Virus record (IMG/VR): IMGVR_UViG_3300045988_101135
Coordinates: 66,762-130,761 of that record
Length of the DNA stretch: 64,000 nt
Source: a virus
Direction: 5' to 3' (one strand)
Each line of letters opens with the position of its first letter. Positions within the stretch are counted from its first letter, which is position 1. The position numbers were made by a program, and so were the translations under genes. Shown in pieces: positions 10,907 through 21,328 of this stretch. Below the pieces are notes generated by a model. That model saw only the letters and a list, made by a program, of their open reading frames with translations, was not told the DNA's origin and made no database searches.

Positions 10907-11270
10907 GATCCAGATCCAGGTCCTTCCGGTGGTGCGGGAGCCATAGTAAAAAATATGATTCCCGCATTCCCGTTTTTCCCGTTTGGAAAAAAAGGAATAA
11001 AAATATTATACCGGTCGGCGGGCAATAGAATACCCGTGGCCGGTTTGTTTCACATAACTTTTTTTGGGATATGAATATAGCACACGAATCTAAATCGAAT
11101 AAAACCCCATTGTATTTAATAGGAGAGTTGATTGGCGTACCGAATACGGTTATGGACTCAGCATTGCATGAACTGAAAGATAGAATAGACAAAGACCCTA
11201 AATATAAAGATGTTAAAAATTGGCTCGAATCTTTACCCAAGATCTGAACCTATTTTTTTTCAATACCAGG

Positions 11271-11305
11271 CCCGATGCGATTTTAACGTATCGGGTTTTT
11301 ATTTT
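11271..11305 (+). terminator. hairpin cccgat-13nt-atcggg followed by tttttatttt
   Basis: 6-bp GC-rich stem plus T tract in the intergenic region 10907-11375. Confidence 0.4.
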
Positions 11306-11375
11306 AATTCATATTGTTTTATTTTAAATCTAATTAATTCATGAATGTCGTACTTTTGTTGAAAAAGTATTCTAT

Positions 11376-11603
11376 ATGGAAAATAAGGAAGATTACGTTG
11401 GTTACGAGGATCAAGAACTGTGTAACCGGTATTACAAAGAGGCTGAAGCCATGAGGCAAAAGCAGGACTGGTCTCGGCTTAGGGCTGTCCCTGCTCCGGC
11501 CAAGGGAACGCCATCGCCCGGCTGGGGTCAGCTTGGACGTGGAAATGATGTCCGTGTTAAGTATGTTAGCATCAATTCAGGATTAGGAGGAGATAGGTTA
11601 TGA
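11376..11603 (+). CDS. hypothetical small protein (75 aa)
   Basis: ORF overlapping the next ORF by 4 nt (ATGA-type coupling). Confidence 0.35.
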   Translation: MENKEDYVGYEDQELCNRYYKEAEAMRQKQDWSRLRAVPAPAKGTPSPGWGQLGRGNDVRVKYVSINSGLGGDRL

Positions 11604-11815
11604 CTGTAGAAGAATTGGCTAATAAAAGATACGGTGGCGAATTTGTTTTCATGTTTGGTCATCTTGAAGGTAGAACAAGATTCGTTTTTGAATGCTTTGA
11701 TCCCAGACCTGATCACGAAGGTAAAAACACTTATATGGTTTCCTATTTTGATAAGGGACTTCGTAGAAGAGATGTGGTAGATGTGCCGTGTTATATGAAT
11801 ATTTTGCCAAAATAA
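11600..11815 (+). CDS. hypothetical small protein (71 aa)
   Basis: Translationally coupled small ORF. Confidence 0.35.
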   Translation: MTVEELANKRYGGEFVFMFGHLEGRTRFVFECFDPRPDHEGKNTYMVSYFDKGLRRRDVVDVPCYMNILPK

Positions 11816-12018
11816 TGGAAACATTAATCTTAGATGTACCTGTATTTTCCGGTAAGATTATTTCTCCTATCTGGATTAAAGCCGTAAGAGATTTTCAATC
11901 CAAATCGAAGACAGAAAGAGACTCGTATTGTTTGATTTGTGGATGTACAGGAGGGTGTAACTTGTGCGATGATATAAGTAAATATAGGATTTCAGAACAA
12001 TTAAAATATTACAAATAA
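11788..12018 (+). CDS. hypothetical Cys-containing small protein (76 aa)
   Basis: ORF with CLICGCTGGCNLC. Confidence 0.35.
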   Translation: MLYEYFAKIMETLILDVPVFSGKIISPIWIKAVRDFQSKSKTERDSYCLICGCTGGCNLCDDISKYRISEQLKYYK

Positions 12019-12749
12019 TGGAATTAAAAGATTCAGTCAGGGTAATGACTAAAGAAGAGTTCGAATCAGCAATCAACGAAGATATTAAATTCGTTGAAGG
12101 AATTAAGCATTTTTTTAAACATGATGATGCTACGAGGGTAATGGAACACGTAAAGTCCGTGTTAGAGGCATCAGTAGACTACCACTACCCGAATCATCCT
12201 GAACCTGAAGCAGAACCTGGAGACATGGGAGAGGTTTCTGATGGATACCATACTTTCAATGAATTGTATCGGTACCGCATGTTGTATAATGCCGCCTTCT
12301 TTAATCTATTAGCCAGAAACGGACAGGTTGAAGTTTGCAAATCAAGGAGACACAGCGATGGAGAAAAATGCTTCGGTTCTGATGATTGGTTTATTGTGAT
12401 GGCGATCCTACCTACCGGTCAGGTATCTAATCACTATGAAAGCAAATACTGGGATTTGTTTGATGTTCCTGAAAGAGAAACCGCTTTCGAATACGATGGC
12501 CATACACCAAATGAAGCCTCCGACAGACTTGAAAAGTATCTCAAACTGCCTCGTCATGGCATGACATTCGAACAGGCTTTAGAACGGCTTAAATTAGGTC
12601 GTAAGATAAAAAGAATCGATTGGGGTAAAAAGTATATCTGTATGTTTGACGTAAATATATTGATGATAGATACAGGTCAAAAAGTAGCATCAAATTGGAA
12701 TCCAACCGAACATGATATTATGTCTAATGACTGGGAGATTGCGGGATGA
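12018..12749 (+). CDS. protein with C-terminal DUF2829 (Tad2-like) domain
   Basis: The last ~60 aa read MTFEQALERLKLGRKIKRIDWGKKY...NWNPTEHDIMSNDWEI. This matches the F-x-EAL-x2-LK-x-G-KK-V-R-x-x-W ... D-W-E signature of the DUF2829/Tad2 family. The N-terminal 180 aa are unassigned. Confidence 0.5.
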   Translation: MELKDSVRVMTKEEFESAINEDIKFVEGIKHFFKHDDATRVMEHVKSVLEASVDYHYPNHPEPEAEPGDMGEVSDGYHTFNELYRYRMLYNAAFFNLLARNGQVEVCKSRRHSDGEKCFGSDDWFIVMAILPTGQVSNHYESKYWDLFDVPERETAFEYDGHTPNEASDRLEKYLKLPRHGMTFEQALERLKLGRKIKRIDWGKKYICMFDVNILMIDTGQKVASNWNPTEHDIMSNDWEIAG

Positions 12750-13021
12750 GTTTGTTTGTTTGTTCAAAATGTGGCTGTATAGATAATACAGCCACATCCT
12801 GTTATTGGGCTCTTATAAGACCTTGTAAGAATCGTATTTACGATAAGTCGCTAAAGGGATATGAAGGCAAGCCTCTTTGTTCTGAATGTGCCGCTATTGA
12901 ATATAGTAAGGGAGACGAAGTGGTGGTAGTTCCTGGAACGTGGCATGGTAAGTTCAAGAAAGAATGGCCTACTGAAGAAGAGAAGAAGCATATTGGTAAA
13001 AACGGTATTTTAAATATGTAA
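12746..13021 (+). CDS. Cys-rich zinc-ribbon-like small protein (91 aa)
   Basis: CSKCGC...C...C...CSEC pattern. Confidence 0.4.
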   Translation: MSLFVCSKCGCIDNTATSCYWALIRPCKNRIYDKSLKGYEGKPLCSECAAIEYSKGDEVVVVPGTWHGKFKKEWPTEEEKKHIGKNGILNM

Positions 13022-13024
13022 ATT

Positions 13025-13330
13025 ATGTGTGATAAGGAAATTGTTGTATGCGCAGCTATATGGGTTCAAGATCACAAGAACAAGCCTCACGGTCCAGTAA
13101 ACATACCATCCGGAACCGTATTTTGTGGATTGAGACATTGTTCTATCATTTCTCAGTTTGCAGCTTATGGTATTGCTCATAAAAACCGCAGTGTTCAAGG
13201 ATTTTTGACAAGCAAGAATCGGTTTCTAACAAGAGAGGAGGCATCTGCTCTTGTTAAGAGCAATAATCAGGAAATGGTAGTAGATAGGAGTGCCATTAGA
13301 GAACAATTGTATTCAGAAGATCTATATTAA
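13025..13330 (+). CDS. hypothetical protein (101 aa)
   Basis: ORF; contains conserved-looking VFCGLRH and GFLTSKNRFLTREEA motifs of unknown family. Confidence 0.45.
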   Translation: MCDKEIVVCAAIWVQDHKNKPHGPVNIPSGTVFCGLRHCSIISQFAAYGIAHKNRSVQGFLTSKNRFLTREEASALVKSNNQEMVVDRSAIREQLYSEDLY

Positions 13331-13347
13331 CTAAAAAACAAAACAAC

Positions 13348-13701
13348 ATGGGGTTTAAAATCAAAAAGTCAATCACTTATGATATGATGGACGACAGTCG
13401 GGTAGAGTACGAATTTGATAATACCAATGATTTAAATCATATCATATTTAAAGGTAATTGTAGAGAACCTTTTTCATTCAGCAGAGTACTTGTTGAAGAA
13501 TTAATTAAGACATTTGAAACCATACGGGATAGATACTCTGATAATTATGAACTTAAGGTCTATCTTTACAATTGTATAATTCAACTGAGCGTAAATCCAA
13601 AGGATCCCAGTGAATCCTTTTTTGGCGTATATGATAGAGATGAGATGAAATTGATATACGGAATAAAGATCAGTATTCTGAAAGGAATGTTTGGCATATG
13701 A
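13348..13701 (+). CDS. hypothetical protein (117 aa)
   Basis: ORF in the array. Confidence 0.45.
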   Translation: MGFKIKKSITYDMMDDSRVEYEFDNTNDLNHIIFKGNCREPFSFSRVLVEELIKTFETIRDRYSDNYELKVYLYNCIIQLSVNPKDPSESFFGVYDRDEMKLIYGIKISILKGMFGI

Positions 13702-14015
13702 TGACTAAACAAGATATACAAGCAGCAGCATCGTATGTTTTCCGAAGCAGTTTTGTCTCGGAGGACCAGACAAGGAAAACAATGGTAAAAGCCGGCAATA
13801 ACGCTACCAAGATCCTCGTCAAGACCTTTAGAGGCAAATTGTTCAAGAAAGCTTTTGAAAGAGCCCGTAGAGGAAAGGATATCAGTTCTTTTGAAAGACA
13901 GGAAAAAGAAAGTGGTTTCAATTTTCTTTACAATCCTAATAATGGTCGTATGCAAAGCGGTCATATTATAATAGATGGAATTGGTCTGTTTAAACAAATA
14001 ATTCATGAAAGGTAA
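13698..14015 (+). CDS. hypothetical basic protein (105 aa)
   Basis: ORF overlapping the previous ORF by 4 nt. Confidence 0.4.
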   Translation: MMTKQDIQAAASYVFRSSFVSEDQTRKTMVKAGNNATKILVKTFRGKLFKKAFERARRGKDISSFERQEKESGFNFLYNPNNGRMQSGHIIIDGIGLFKQIIHER

Positions 14016-14180
14016 AAAAGTTGATATTCGTTTAGGCAGAGGTCTGGCGAATCAGATTAAGATAAACAAAACCATTCCAGTGTCTCATAAACCAAAAGAA
14101 GAACGTCGAATGATGTTTATTTGTGGTGATGATATTGCTTCTCTTATAAAGCGGTTTGAAAACGAATCAAAGTAATATAA

Positions 14181-14212
14181 AGTCGGACATGTGTCTTGTC
14201 CGACTTTTTTTT
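14181..14212 (+). terminator. rho-independent terminator agtcggaca-tgtgtct-tgtccgact + T8
   Basis: Perfect 9-bp stem, 7-nt loop, followed by tttttttt. Confidence 0.7.
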
Positions 14213-14225
14213 ATATATTTGTGGC

Positions 14226-14549
14226 ATGGCAAGAGGTTATTATTGGATACCACAAACAGATGAAACGTTAAATGGCAGAAGCTATTACGTGGCTAAGATA
14301 GTAGGAGATATCACGTTTGATACTAAACGAAAAAGAATCGTATTTCAAGCTGATAGGTATTTCCCTGTAGGATCTGTTTTCCATTTTACGCACAATTGCT
14401 TCAATTATATCATAACTTGCCGACTTCGTAAGCCGGGGCTTTGGTTTGAAGCCAGGAGAGAGGATTCGGGCCCTATTTGCCCTGAAGATATTGAGCGCTT
14501 TGAATCGGGAAGGTTTATACACCGAGATGGGTACATGCATTACATATAA
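14226..14549 (+). CDS. hypothetical protein (107 aa; start moved to the second Met)
   Basis: The track ORF starts at 14196 inside the terminator hairpin; ATG at 14226 (MARGYYW) is the more plausible start. Confidence 0.4.
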   Translation: MARGYYWIPQTDETLNGRSYYVAKIVGDITFDTKRKRIVFQADRYFPVGSVFHFTHNCFNYIITCRLRKPGLWFEARREDSGPICPEDIERFESGRFIHRDGYMHYI

Positions 14550-14602
14550 GCTGAACTTGACGATTTTTCGTCAGATTATAATTTTTTTTTCATATTATTT
14601 TT

Positions 14603-14640
14603 AAGCCATCAGACTGAGAAGTTAGGTGGCTTTATTTTTT
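14603..14640 (+). terminator. hairpin aagccatc-14nt-ggtggctt + tatttttt
   Basis: 8-bp stem (one G-U pair) followed by a T tract, 50 nt upstream of the 2140-aa ORF. Confidence 0.55.
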
Positions 14641-14692
14641 ATGATATGCTTTATTTTTAACTACCTTTGTCTCATAACAAAAATGTTTTATC

Positions 14693-17600
14693 ATGGTATC
14701 AACGTGTATTATTAAAAGAGATAATAAAAAGAAAGTTGTTTCTGTCTCTACCAGATCAGGGGACAGGTCTATGTTGTTTGATAAGATAGCATCTATTCCT
14801 CTTATGGAGAACAGGGAACGGGCTACTACTGTTTTTAAAACCGTATTTTCTAATAAGTTCTTAAAGGATTTTGGCGACTGGAGAAAGAGAGTGCCTATCA
14901 ACAAACCGGCTTATAATAAGGTTAAATCCAACATTGATCTTATTCCGGAAGCTTATAGAGAAAGGGTACTGGATAAGGCTTCTAAGATGAGCAACCCTAT
15001 TCTTGTGTCAAAATCAGATGCACCTTATGGAATCCGAGAATCGGGCTTTGGATTCTACAGCCAAGATCTGGGTGATAATATTATGTTGGTGGATGCTATG
15101 GTTCCGTCAAGTATTTCCGTACCGGAAGGACCTGGAATAGACGCCGGGCAGTATTTACAAGATGCTATATCTTCGGACTTCACTCCCGTATCTATGGTAC
15201 AGGATAAGGGTGTTAATTATATGGTTATAAAAGACGGTCTTAAGATATTTAGCCCAGAAGAGTTACCACAGACAGATTCTAATCCTGTGGGTGTAACGTA
15301 TCATACTGGAGAGCCTCGTTTGTTTTTCATGAACGATCGTAGTCAATTATTTGAAGATTACGGAGAAGCTCTTCGCTCTGGAGGGAATGATATTAGAATA
15401 GGATTCTTATCCGGCACCGTTCAAGAATCTGCCGTGGATGGCGTGGCAGACATTACTTACAAGGCTGGAAAGTATGTTCTTAATAATCCCAAGTCTTTTA
15501 TACCGGTCATGACCGCTTCTGCTTCTACTTCTTTATCAACAAAAGGTGGTATAATTAACTACCTTATAAAGAAAGGTCTTTTGTCCGGATCCAAGATATT
15601 CGATCCGGAAACAAGAAGCTATTATATTACAGGAGAAGGACATACAGGACAAATTAGACTTTTCAATTCAGCCTTATCCTACACTGAGCTCCGTAATCAT
15701 TTTGGTTCCGATGTTTCCATGAACGACCAGGGTATGATAACCATAAATTCATTGGATAATAGTAAGGTAACTATGAGACTCGCCACCGGAGGAACAGAAA
15801 GAGTTAGCAAGGAGCAGATAAAGAGCGATCTTAAGTCTGGAAGATACAATGAATTGGATGCTAAATACGATCACTTTGATGCGCTTGTAGTTTCATTTAT
15901 ATTAGAAGACAATGATCTTTATGCTGATACTAAAGCTAAGATAGTATCGGATTATAGCCAAGAGGAACGTAATCAACGAAATTCTATTGTTGAGATACTG
16001 AAAACGCTGGGCGTTAGTGTCGTTGGCATGACCGATTATATAGAGAAGTACCAAACCAAATACGGGCACGAACCTTCTGCTAAGGCATTGGCGGATATTG
16101 CCAATAACGTAATAGCAGTTGGTGAAGATGCTACTTTATCTGATTTAGTAGAAGAAACAGCCCACTTCCTTGTAGAGGCATACAGAGATCAGAATGCTGT
16201 TGAGGCTGTTCTGCAAGATGTGGAAGGTACGGAAGAGTGGAACCAATATGCAGGTCAGTATTATAATACATACGGTAAAGTATATGAAGGCTCTGAACTT
16301 GATAATGCTGTTAGGAGAGAAATTCTTGGAAAGATCCTCGCCAGGGAGATGCAGACCGGCACAGCACAGGCGCCGGTAGAGCCCACCTCCTTCCTGGGGC
16401 GCGTCCGGCAGCTTTTCTCTGGAATCGTAAGCTGGCTTAAATCAGCTTTATCAACTCAAAGACAAGATTTGAATAACGTTATTAAAAACATTCGTGATCT
16501 TGCCATTACTGACATAGATAAAGGATTTGACACCTCTCTGTTAAAGGATAATGACTTTACATTATACTCCCTTTCTTCTATGAACAAGAACAAGTTTCTT
16601 GAGTCTAAGATCCTGGCATTAAGGAAAACATTAAGAGACTTACGTCAGATAAGCTCTGATAGGGCTGTAACTACGTCTATGACCCTTGCTCAGCTTAAGA
16701 CCATAGAAGATAAGATAAATAAGGTAGAGACCGAAATAGACAAGAATGAGATGGCGGCTGCCATGAACAGCATGATCTCTACAGCCGAAGCTCAGGTCAG
16801 ATACTTAAGCAATGTGGTGAACACCATCCTTCATGGTGATACCAAAGACGGTAAGCTTCACTTCAATACCAATGATCGAAAGAACGTAGATATTATCAAC
16901 AATCAGGTTCTTCCGATCATGAACGATCTTCGAGGATATATCCGTAACAGAAGTACCGAATTTGATGAACGTGAAAAGCAGGATTATACAAATAGGATCA
17001 ATACCGTCATTGCCGACATCAATGGTATTCAGTCTGATATTAAATCAGTACAAGACCTTGATGAAAGTACGTTGCTTGATAAGTTAATGAACGAACTTCA
17101 TGTGCCGGCAGATAAGGTAAAGAGAGTAAAAGAATTTTTCGACAAGGTTCAACACGATGTTTCTTGGATAAGTAGGTGGTTCGGTATATTAGAGCATTCT
17201 TCCAGTCCGTTCAATAACGCTCTTGGAGCTATGATTGCCAAAGACAATTACAATGCGATGGTGAATGCCCAGCCCGCCATATCCGATTTCCTGGCATATG
17301 CGAAAAAGCATGGTTTTAACAAATCTGAATTTGAAAAACTGCTTCAGAAAGTAGACGGCAAAACTTCTAATTACCTTCGTAGTGCTCTTGATATGGCTAA
17401 ATACGATCGTAATAAGAAGCTGGCGCAGATGCGAGCGTTTGCGACTGCCATGAACATAGAGATATCAGAAGAAGAAATTGGTGATGTGGTTGACAATAAC
17501 CGTAATTACGTATTTAAAAGAGAAGTAGTTGACAAGGATGGAAATACGGTTACTGAAAACGCTAAATTCAAACCATCGTCTGATAGGGTTAATACCGATA

Positions 17601-20600
17601 TTTTTACCATCGAGCAGGAAAAGATCTATACAGAGCAGATGGAAAAGTGGGATGCTGAAAATTCGGAACTGGAATTTAGCGAAAGTTATGCCACAAGAAT
17701 GGAATCCATATACAAAAAGGCTGAAGAAGAATTAGGGTATCCGGTTTCTCAAACAACCAAAGAATATCTTAATGCCCTATCCCGGCAAAAACGGATATTG
17801 AGGCAGCCTTTTATTGATAGCGGTGGTAATTTTGATGAGGTTGCCTATTTTAAAAGCAGCAATTACGAAGAAGAAGGACTGCTTCGTAAACAACGTAAGG
17901 AAGCAGCTTCAGAATACATATATGTAGGAACCAGGAGAGTGGAAAAAACCGGCGACCAACTTAAGATGGCCAAAGAAATACAAGCTATAAATGAAGTTTG
18001 GAGAAAGGAATCAAATAATGCCACTAATGCCGTATCAGAATCGTTTTTGCAAAAATTAAGAACGATTCAGAGCGAGTCTGGAGGAGAAGCTGCGCTGAAG
18101 ACACTTATGTTGGGAGGTCACCTGTCATTCAACGATCGGTTTTGGAATGATGTAGAATCAGAACAGTCGGCACGTACCGAATCAAATAACAAGGCTTCGT
18201 ATCTTAAAATGGCGCATGATATCATTAGTTCTACGACAAGTGATAGAGATGCGACTGACGTGGATTCTATTGTGAAAGATATAGAAAAAAATAAGGCTAT
18301 TATCAAGGAAATAATCGGAAACAATCGCGATGTGGCTGATATCGGAGAAATTAACGAAGCGACATTTACCTCATCCGAAAGAGATGCTTTTAGGGCCGCA
18401 TCTGAAGCTATTGAAGCCGATTACGCTATTTTGATAGATTATGCTAAGATGGTGGGTCTTGAAGATATTGATAAGTACCTTACTAAAAGCAGTAAGGCTG
18501 AAAACGAAGTAAATCAGTCTTATTTAAATGCTCTTGCTGACTCCAAGGAAGTGGAATGGAAGTTCGTACAACGTCATACTACGGCGAAGAAAGCAAAAAG
18601 GATTCAGGCTTTAAGGGATAAGCTGTTTAAGGCTGCTGATAACCGATATCTGTTTACCGTATCTGAAACCAACTACCTGTCAGAAAAGCTTGGTATAAGC
18701 AAAGAATTAGACGGTAGAGATTTCAGGAATGCTGTTAATGCTAAGATGGCCAGCTTATTTTTAAATAATACAAGAGAAGAGGGCGTAGAAGAAGCTAATG
18801 CTATTGTTAATGAATTTGCCAGAAGCCAGGTTTTTTCGTACTATAAACGCATGGCGCCTACCGGATATGCAGCTATGATCGACAAAATCGGTCGAGGTGA
18901 GATAGATGTGGCGCAAATGGTTAAGGACGTACAAAACGGTACATCCACCCAAGATTATGGCATGGACATATCGTACTTGTCTTTCGACCCTGCAAGGGCA
19001 TGGGTGGCTGAATCTGAAGCCGAAAATAGCGGTCGTAATCCTGATTATGTAAAAGATCATGGGTATGGTCATCGAATGCCTAAGAAAAGCCTGTATCGTG
19101 ACGAATCGTATTTCAATGACTTTGGTATCAAGTATGATGCTGACGGTAATGAGGTTGCTACTAAAAACGTAGAGCAGTGGAATATGATTCAAAAACTCAA
19201 GGAAATAAAAAGACAATCCCTTGATCTATACAAAGAGCAGAGCCCGAACCTGTATGCTATTCCACAGATATCCAAACAAGATATAGAACGTGTAGAAGGA
19301 TTGGGTATTAACTTCAAAAATACGGTTCGTAATTTTGTATCAGATCTGTGCCTGGACAGAGTAGACGATTCTCTATATGGTAAGACCAGGCAAGGAGAAG
19401 TGTATGATCCAGAAGACAGGCTTAGGTCTATACCTAAATACTACATATATGAATTGGAGAACCAAGATGATGTATCTCACGATTTTGGCTACTCTTATTC
19501 GATGCTTATGATGCAATCATCGTTATACAACGAAAAGCAGAAGTCTATAGAGCTTGCCCAAGGACTGGAGCAGATGTTACTAAATAAACAATTTGAAGGT
19601 GGTAAAAAGGCTGAAGCAACCCAAGCATATCAGATGTTCAGGGACTTCTTCAACGATCATTATTATGGCATTAGGATGAACACCAAAAAACTTACGGTGA
19701 ACATCGGAGGATATACGGTAGACCTTACAAGAATTATGATGGCTGTTGAAAGATTTATGTCGGTTATGAACTTGGCACTGTCTCCGTTTGTGGCAGCTAC
19801 CGGCGCCCTGACAGGCCATATCAACCTCATCATGGAATCAGCCGTAGGACAGTATATAAGCAAAGATTCCCTTAAATACGCATCGGCTGAGTTTTCCCGT
19901 CTTGCGCCATCTTGTATAGCAGAAACCGGAGACATAGATAGGAAAAGCAAATTATATGTCATAGGTGAGAGAATGGGGATATTCAATATCCGAAATCGTA
20001 TGTATGGTGCCGGATACAATAGAGCGGCCAGGACCTTAATGCGTTCGCCTATGTATGCTTTTATGGAAATCCTGAACTACCCTCTTGATCCGCAGGTTAT
20101 GATTGCTACTATGGACAATGTTCGTTATTACAAAGGCCGGTTCTACACGTTCCAAGATTTCAAGATGGAAAAAGAACGCAATAAAGAACAGAGTACCATA
20201 AAAAGAGAATGGAACGCATTAAAAGATCGTACTTTATGGAGTATGGTAGACGTCGTGGATGGAAAGGTGGTTGTAAAGCCGGGATCGGGTGTTACTGTTG
20301 AGGAAGTTGAAACCCAGATGGCTATAACCAGGAATCAAGTCCGTAGCTTGTCGCAGATATGTAACGGATCTTTGAATGAAGAAAACCGAACTGCCGCATC
20401 GCGCAACTGGATAGCCAGGTTCATGACCGCCCACCGAGGATGGTTGGTGCTGGCGGCTCAACGTCTGTGGAAAAGACGTGGCTTCAATTTCCAGACAATG
20501 CAAGAAGAGGAAGGGTTGTCAATTACGTTAAAGAATATGATAGCCAAAACATTTAGCTTAGCTTCCGAGTCTGGTATGAAAAACATCATAGATGCCTGGA

Positions 20601-21115
20601 ACGAAAATAAAGACAATATGAATGAGGTAGAGAAAACCAATATAAAACGTCTCAGTGTCTATGCCGGCACGTTCCTTATCATGCAAGCCGTATCCATGCT
20701 TCTTGCCGGATGGCGTGATGATGATGAAAACGAAGAAAGTTGGCTTACTCAATTTGGATCCTATGTCGGATTCAGAACCATAAACGAAATAGCTTCACAG
20801 ATGCCGTTTATTATGGAGCTTAACGTGGTAGATATCATTAACGATCCGTTTGTTATGGGGCGAAAACTGAAGGATCTTACCGATCTTAGGAATTATTCAC
20901 TTGATAAAGTAACATCCGGTACATACAAGGGAGAGTCTAAGTTATTTAGGCAACTCGCCAAACAGACGTTTATCAAACAATGGTATAATATCAAGACGCC
21001 GGAAGACGTAGCGCGTGCCTATAACTGGTGGCAGCAGACGAACAACAAGTCAATGATGTTTTTCATCGGTGCCACTCCTGATTCAGAAGGAGACGATGAT
21101 GTGAGCTACAAGTAG
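14693..21115 (+). CDS. giant hypothetical protein (2140 aa)
   Basis: 6.4-kb uninterrupted ORF bracketed by terminators. No DxDGD, Walker or other catalytic motif recognised by eye. An alternative start at 14771 (MLFDK) is possible. Confidence 0.8.
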   Translation: MVSTCIIKRDNKKKVVSVSTRSGDRSMLFDKIASIPLMENRERATTVFKTVFSNKFLKDFGDWRKRVPINKPAYNKVKSNIDLIPEAYRERVLDKASKMSNPILVSKSDAPYGIRESGFGFYSQDLGDNIMLVDAMVPSSISVPEGPGIDAGQYLQDAISSDFTPVSMVQDKGVNYMVIKDGLKIFSPEELPQTDSNPVGVTYHTGEPRLFFMNDRSQLFEDYGEALRSGGNDIRIGFLSGTVQESAVDGVADITYKAGKYVLNNPKSFIPVMTASASTSLSTKGGIINYLIKKGLLSGSKIFDPETRSYYITGEGHTGQIRLFNSALSYTELRNHFGSDVSMNDQGMITINSLDNSKVTMRLATGGTERVSKEQIKSDLKSGRYNELDAKYDHFDALVVSFILEDNDLYADTKAKIVSDYSQEERNQRNSIVEILKTLGVSVVGMTDYIEKYQTKYGHEPSAKALADIANNVIAVGEDATLSDLVEETAHFLVEAYRDQNAVEAVLQDVEGTEEWNQYAGQYYNTYGKVYEGSELDNAVRREILGKILAREMQTGTAQAPVEPTSFLGRVRQLFSGIVSWLKSALSTQRQDLNNVIKNIRDLAITDIDKGFDTSLLKDNDFTLYSLSSMNKNKFLESKILALRKTLRDLRQISSDRAVTTSMTLAQLKTIEDKINKVETEIDKNEMAAAMNSMISTAEAQVRYLSNVVNTILHGDTKDGKLHFNTNDRKNVDIINNQVLPIMNDLRGYIRNRSTEFDEREKQDYTNRINTVIADINGIQSDIKSVQDLDESTLLDKLMNELHVPADKVKRVKEFFDKVQHDVSWISRWFGILEHSSSPFNNALGAMIAKDNYNAMVNAQPAISDFLAYAKKHGFNKSEFEKLLQKVDGKTSNYLRSALDMAKYDRNKKLAQMRAFATAMNIEISEEEIGDVVDNNRNYVFKREVVDKDGNTVTENAKFKPSSDRVNTDIFTIEQEKIYTEQMEKWDAENSELEFSESYATRMESIYKKAEEELGYPVSQTTKEYLNALSRQKRILRQPFIDSGGNFDEVAYFKSSNYEEEGLLRKQRKEAASEYIYVGTRRVEKTGDQLKMAKEIQAINEVWRKESNNATNAVSESFLQKLRTIQSESGGEAALKTLMLGGHLSFNDRFWNDVESEQSARTESNNKASYLKMAHDIISSTTSDRDATDVDSIVKDIEKNKAIIKEIIGNNRDVADIGEINEATFTSSERDAFRAASEAIEADYAILIDYAKMVGLEDIDKYLTKSSKAENEVNQSYLNALADSKEVEWKFVQRHTTAKKAKRIQALRDKLFKAADNRYLFTVSETNYLSEKLGISKELDGRDFRNAVNAKMASLFLNNTREEGVEEANAIVNEFARSQVFSYYKRMAPTGYAAMIDKIGRGEIDVAQMVKDVQNGTSTQDYGMDISYLSFDPARAWVAESEAENSGRNPDYVKDHGYGHRMPKKSLYRDESYFNDFGIKYDADGNEVATKNVEQWNMIQKLKEIKRQSLDLYKEQSPNLYAIPQISKQDIERVEGLGINFKNTVRNFVSDLCLDRVDDSLYGKTRQGEVYDPEDRLRSIPKYYIYELENQDDVSHDFGYSYSMLMMQSSLYNEKQKSIELAQGLEQMLLNKQFEGGKKAEATQAYQMFRDFFNDHYYGIRMNTKKLTVNIGGYTVDLTRIMMAVERFMSVMNLALSPFVAATGALTGHINLIMESAVGQYISKDSLKYASAEFSRLAPSCIAETGDIDRKSKLYVIGERMGIFNIRNRMYGAGYNRAARTLMRSPMYAFMEILNYPLDPQVMIATMDNVRYYKGRFYTFQDFKMEKERNKEQSTIKREWNALKDRTLWSMVDVVDGKVVVKPGSGVTVEEVETQMAITRNQVRSLSQICNGSLNEENRTAASRNWIARFMTAHRGWLVLAAQRLWKRRGFNFQTMQEEEGLSITLKNMIAKTFSLASESGMKNIIDAWNENKDNMNEVEKTNIKRLSVYAGTFLIMQAVSMLLAGWRDDDENEESWLTQFGSYVGFRTINEIASQMPFIMELNVVDIINDPFVMGRKLKDLTDLRNYSLDKVTSGTYKGESKLFRQLAKQTFIKQWYNIKTPEDVARAYNWWQQTNNKSMMFFIGATPDSEGDDDVSYK

Positions 21116-21251
21116 ACGAAGAATATCGGACTTGCATTGTTTTTGTATGATTCCAATATGTTATATTAGTATCGTCAAAGAGTAGATTGTACGTTTTTTG
21201 TTCTTACTTGAAAGATTATGTAGGTTAAATTTTTTCTGAAATTGTTTTCTT

Positions 21252-21293
21252 ACCGGTTCTCAGTCAGAGATGATAGGGAACCGGTTTCTTTTA
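21252..21293 (+). terminator. hairpin accggttc-18nt-gaaccggt + ttctttt
   Basis: Perfect 8-bp stem and T tract 137 nt after the giant ORF stop. Confidence 0.5.
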
Positions 21294-21328
21294 TGTTGTC
21301 AATTATTGCTATCTTGCAAACAAAAATC

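Noticed and set aside
10842-11240. Minus-strand 132-aa ORF in the plus-strand block
   Set aside because: It is opposite to all neighbours, overlaps the end of 10613..10906, and the region carries plus-strand terminator hairpins; likely spurious.
14693-21115. Virion RNA polymerase identity for the 2140-aa protein
   Set aside because: I scanned the 2140-aa ORF, the 1523-aa ORF and the 752-aa ORF for the DxDGD / NADFDGD double-psi beta-barrel catalytic motifs and found none, so no RNAP call is made.
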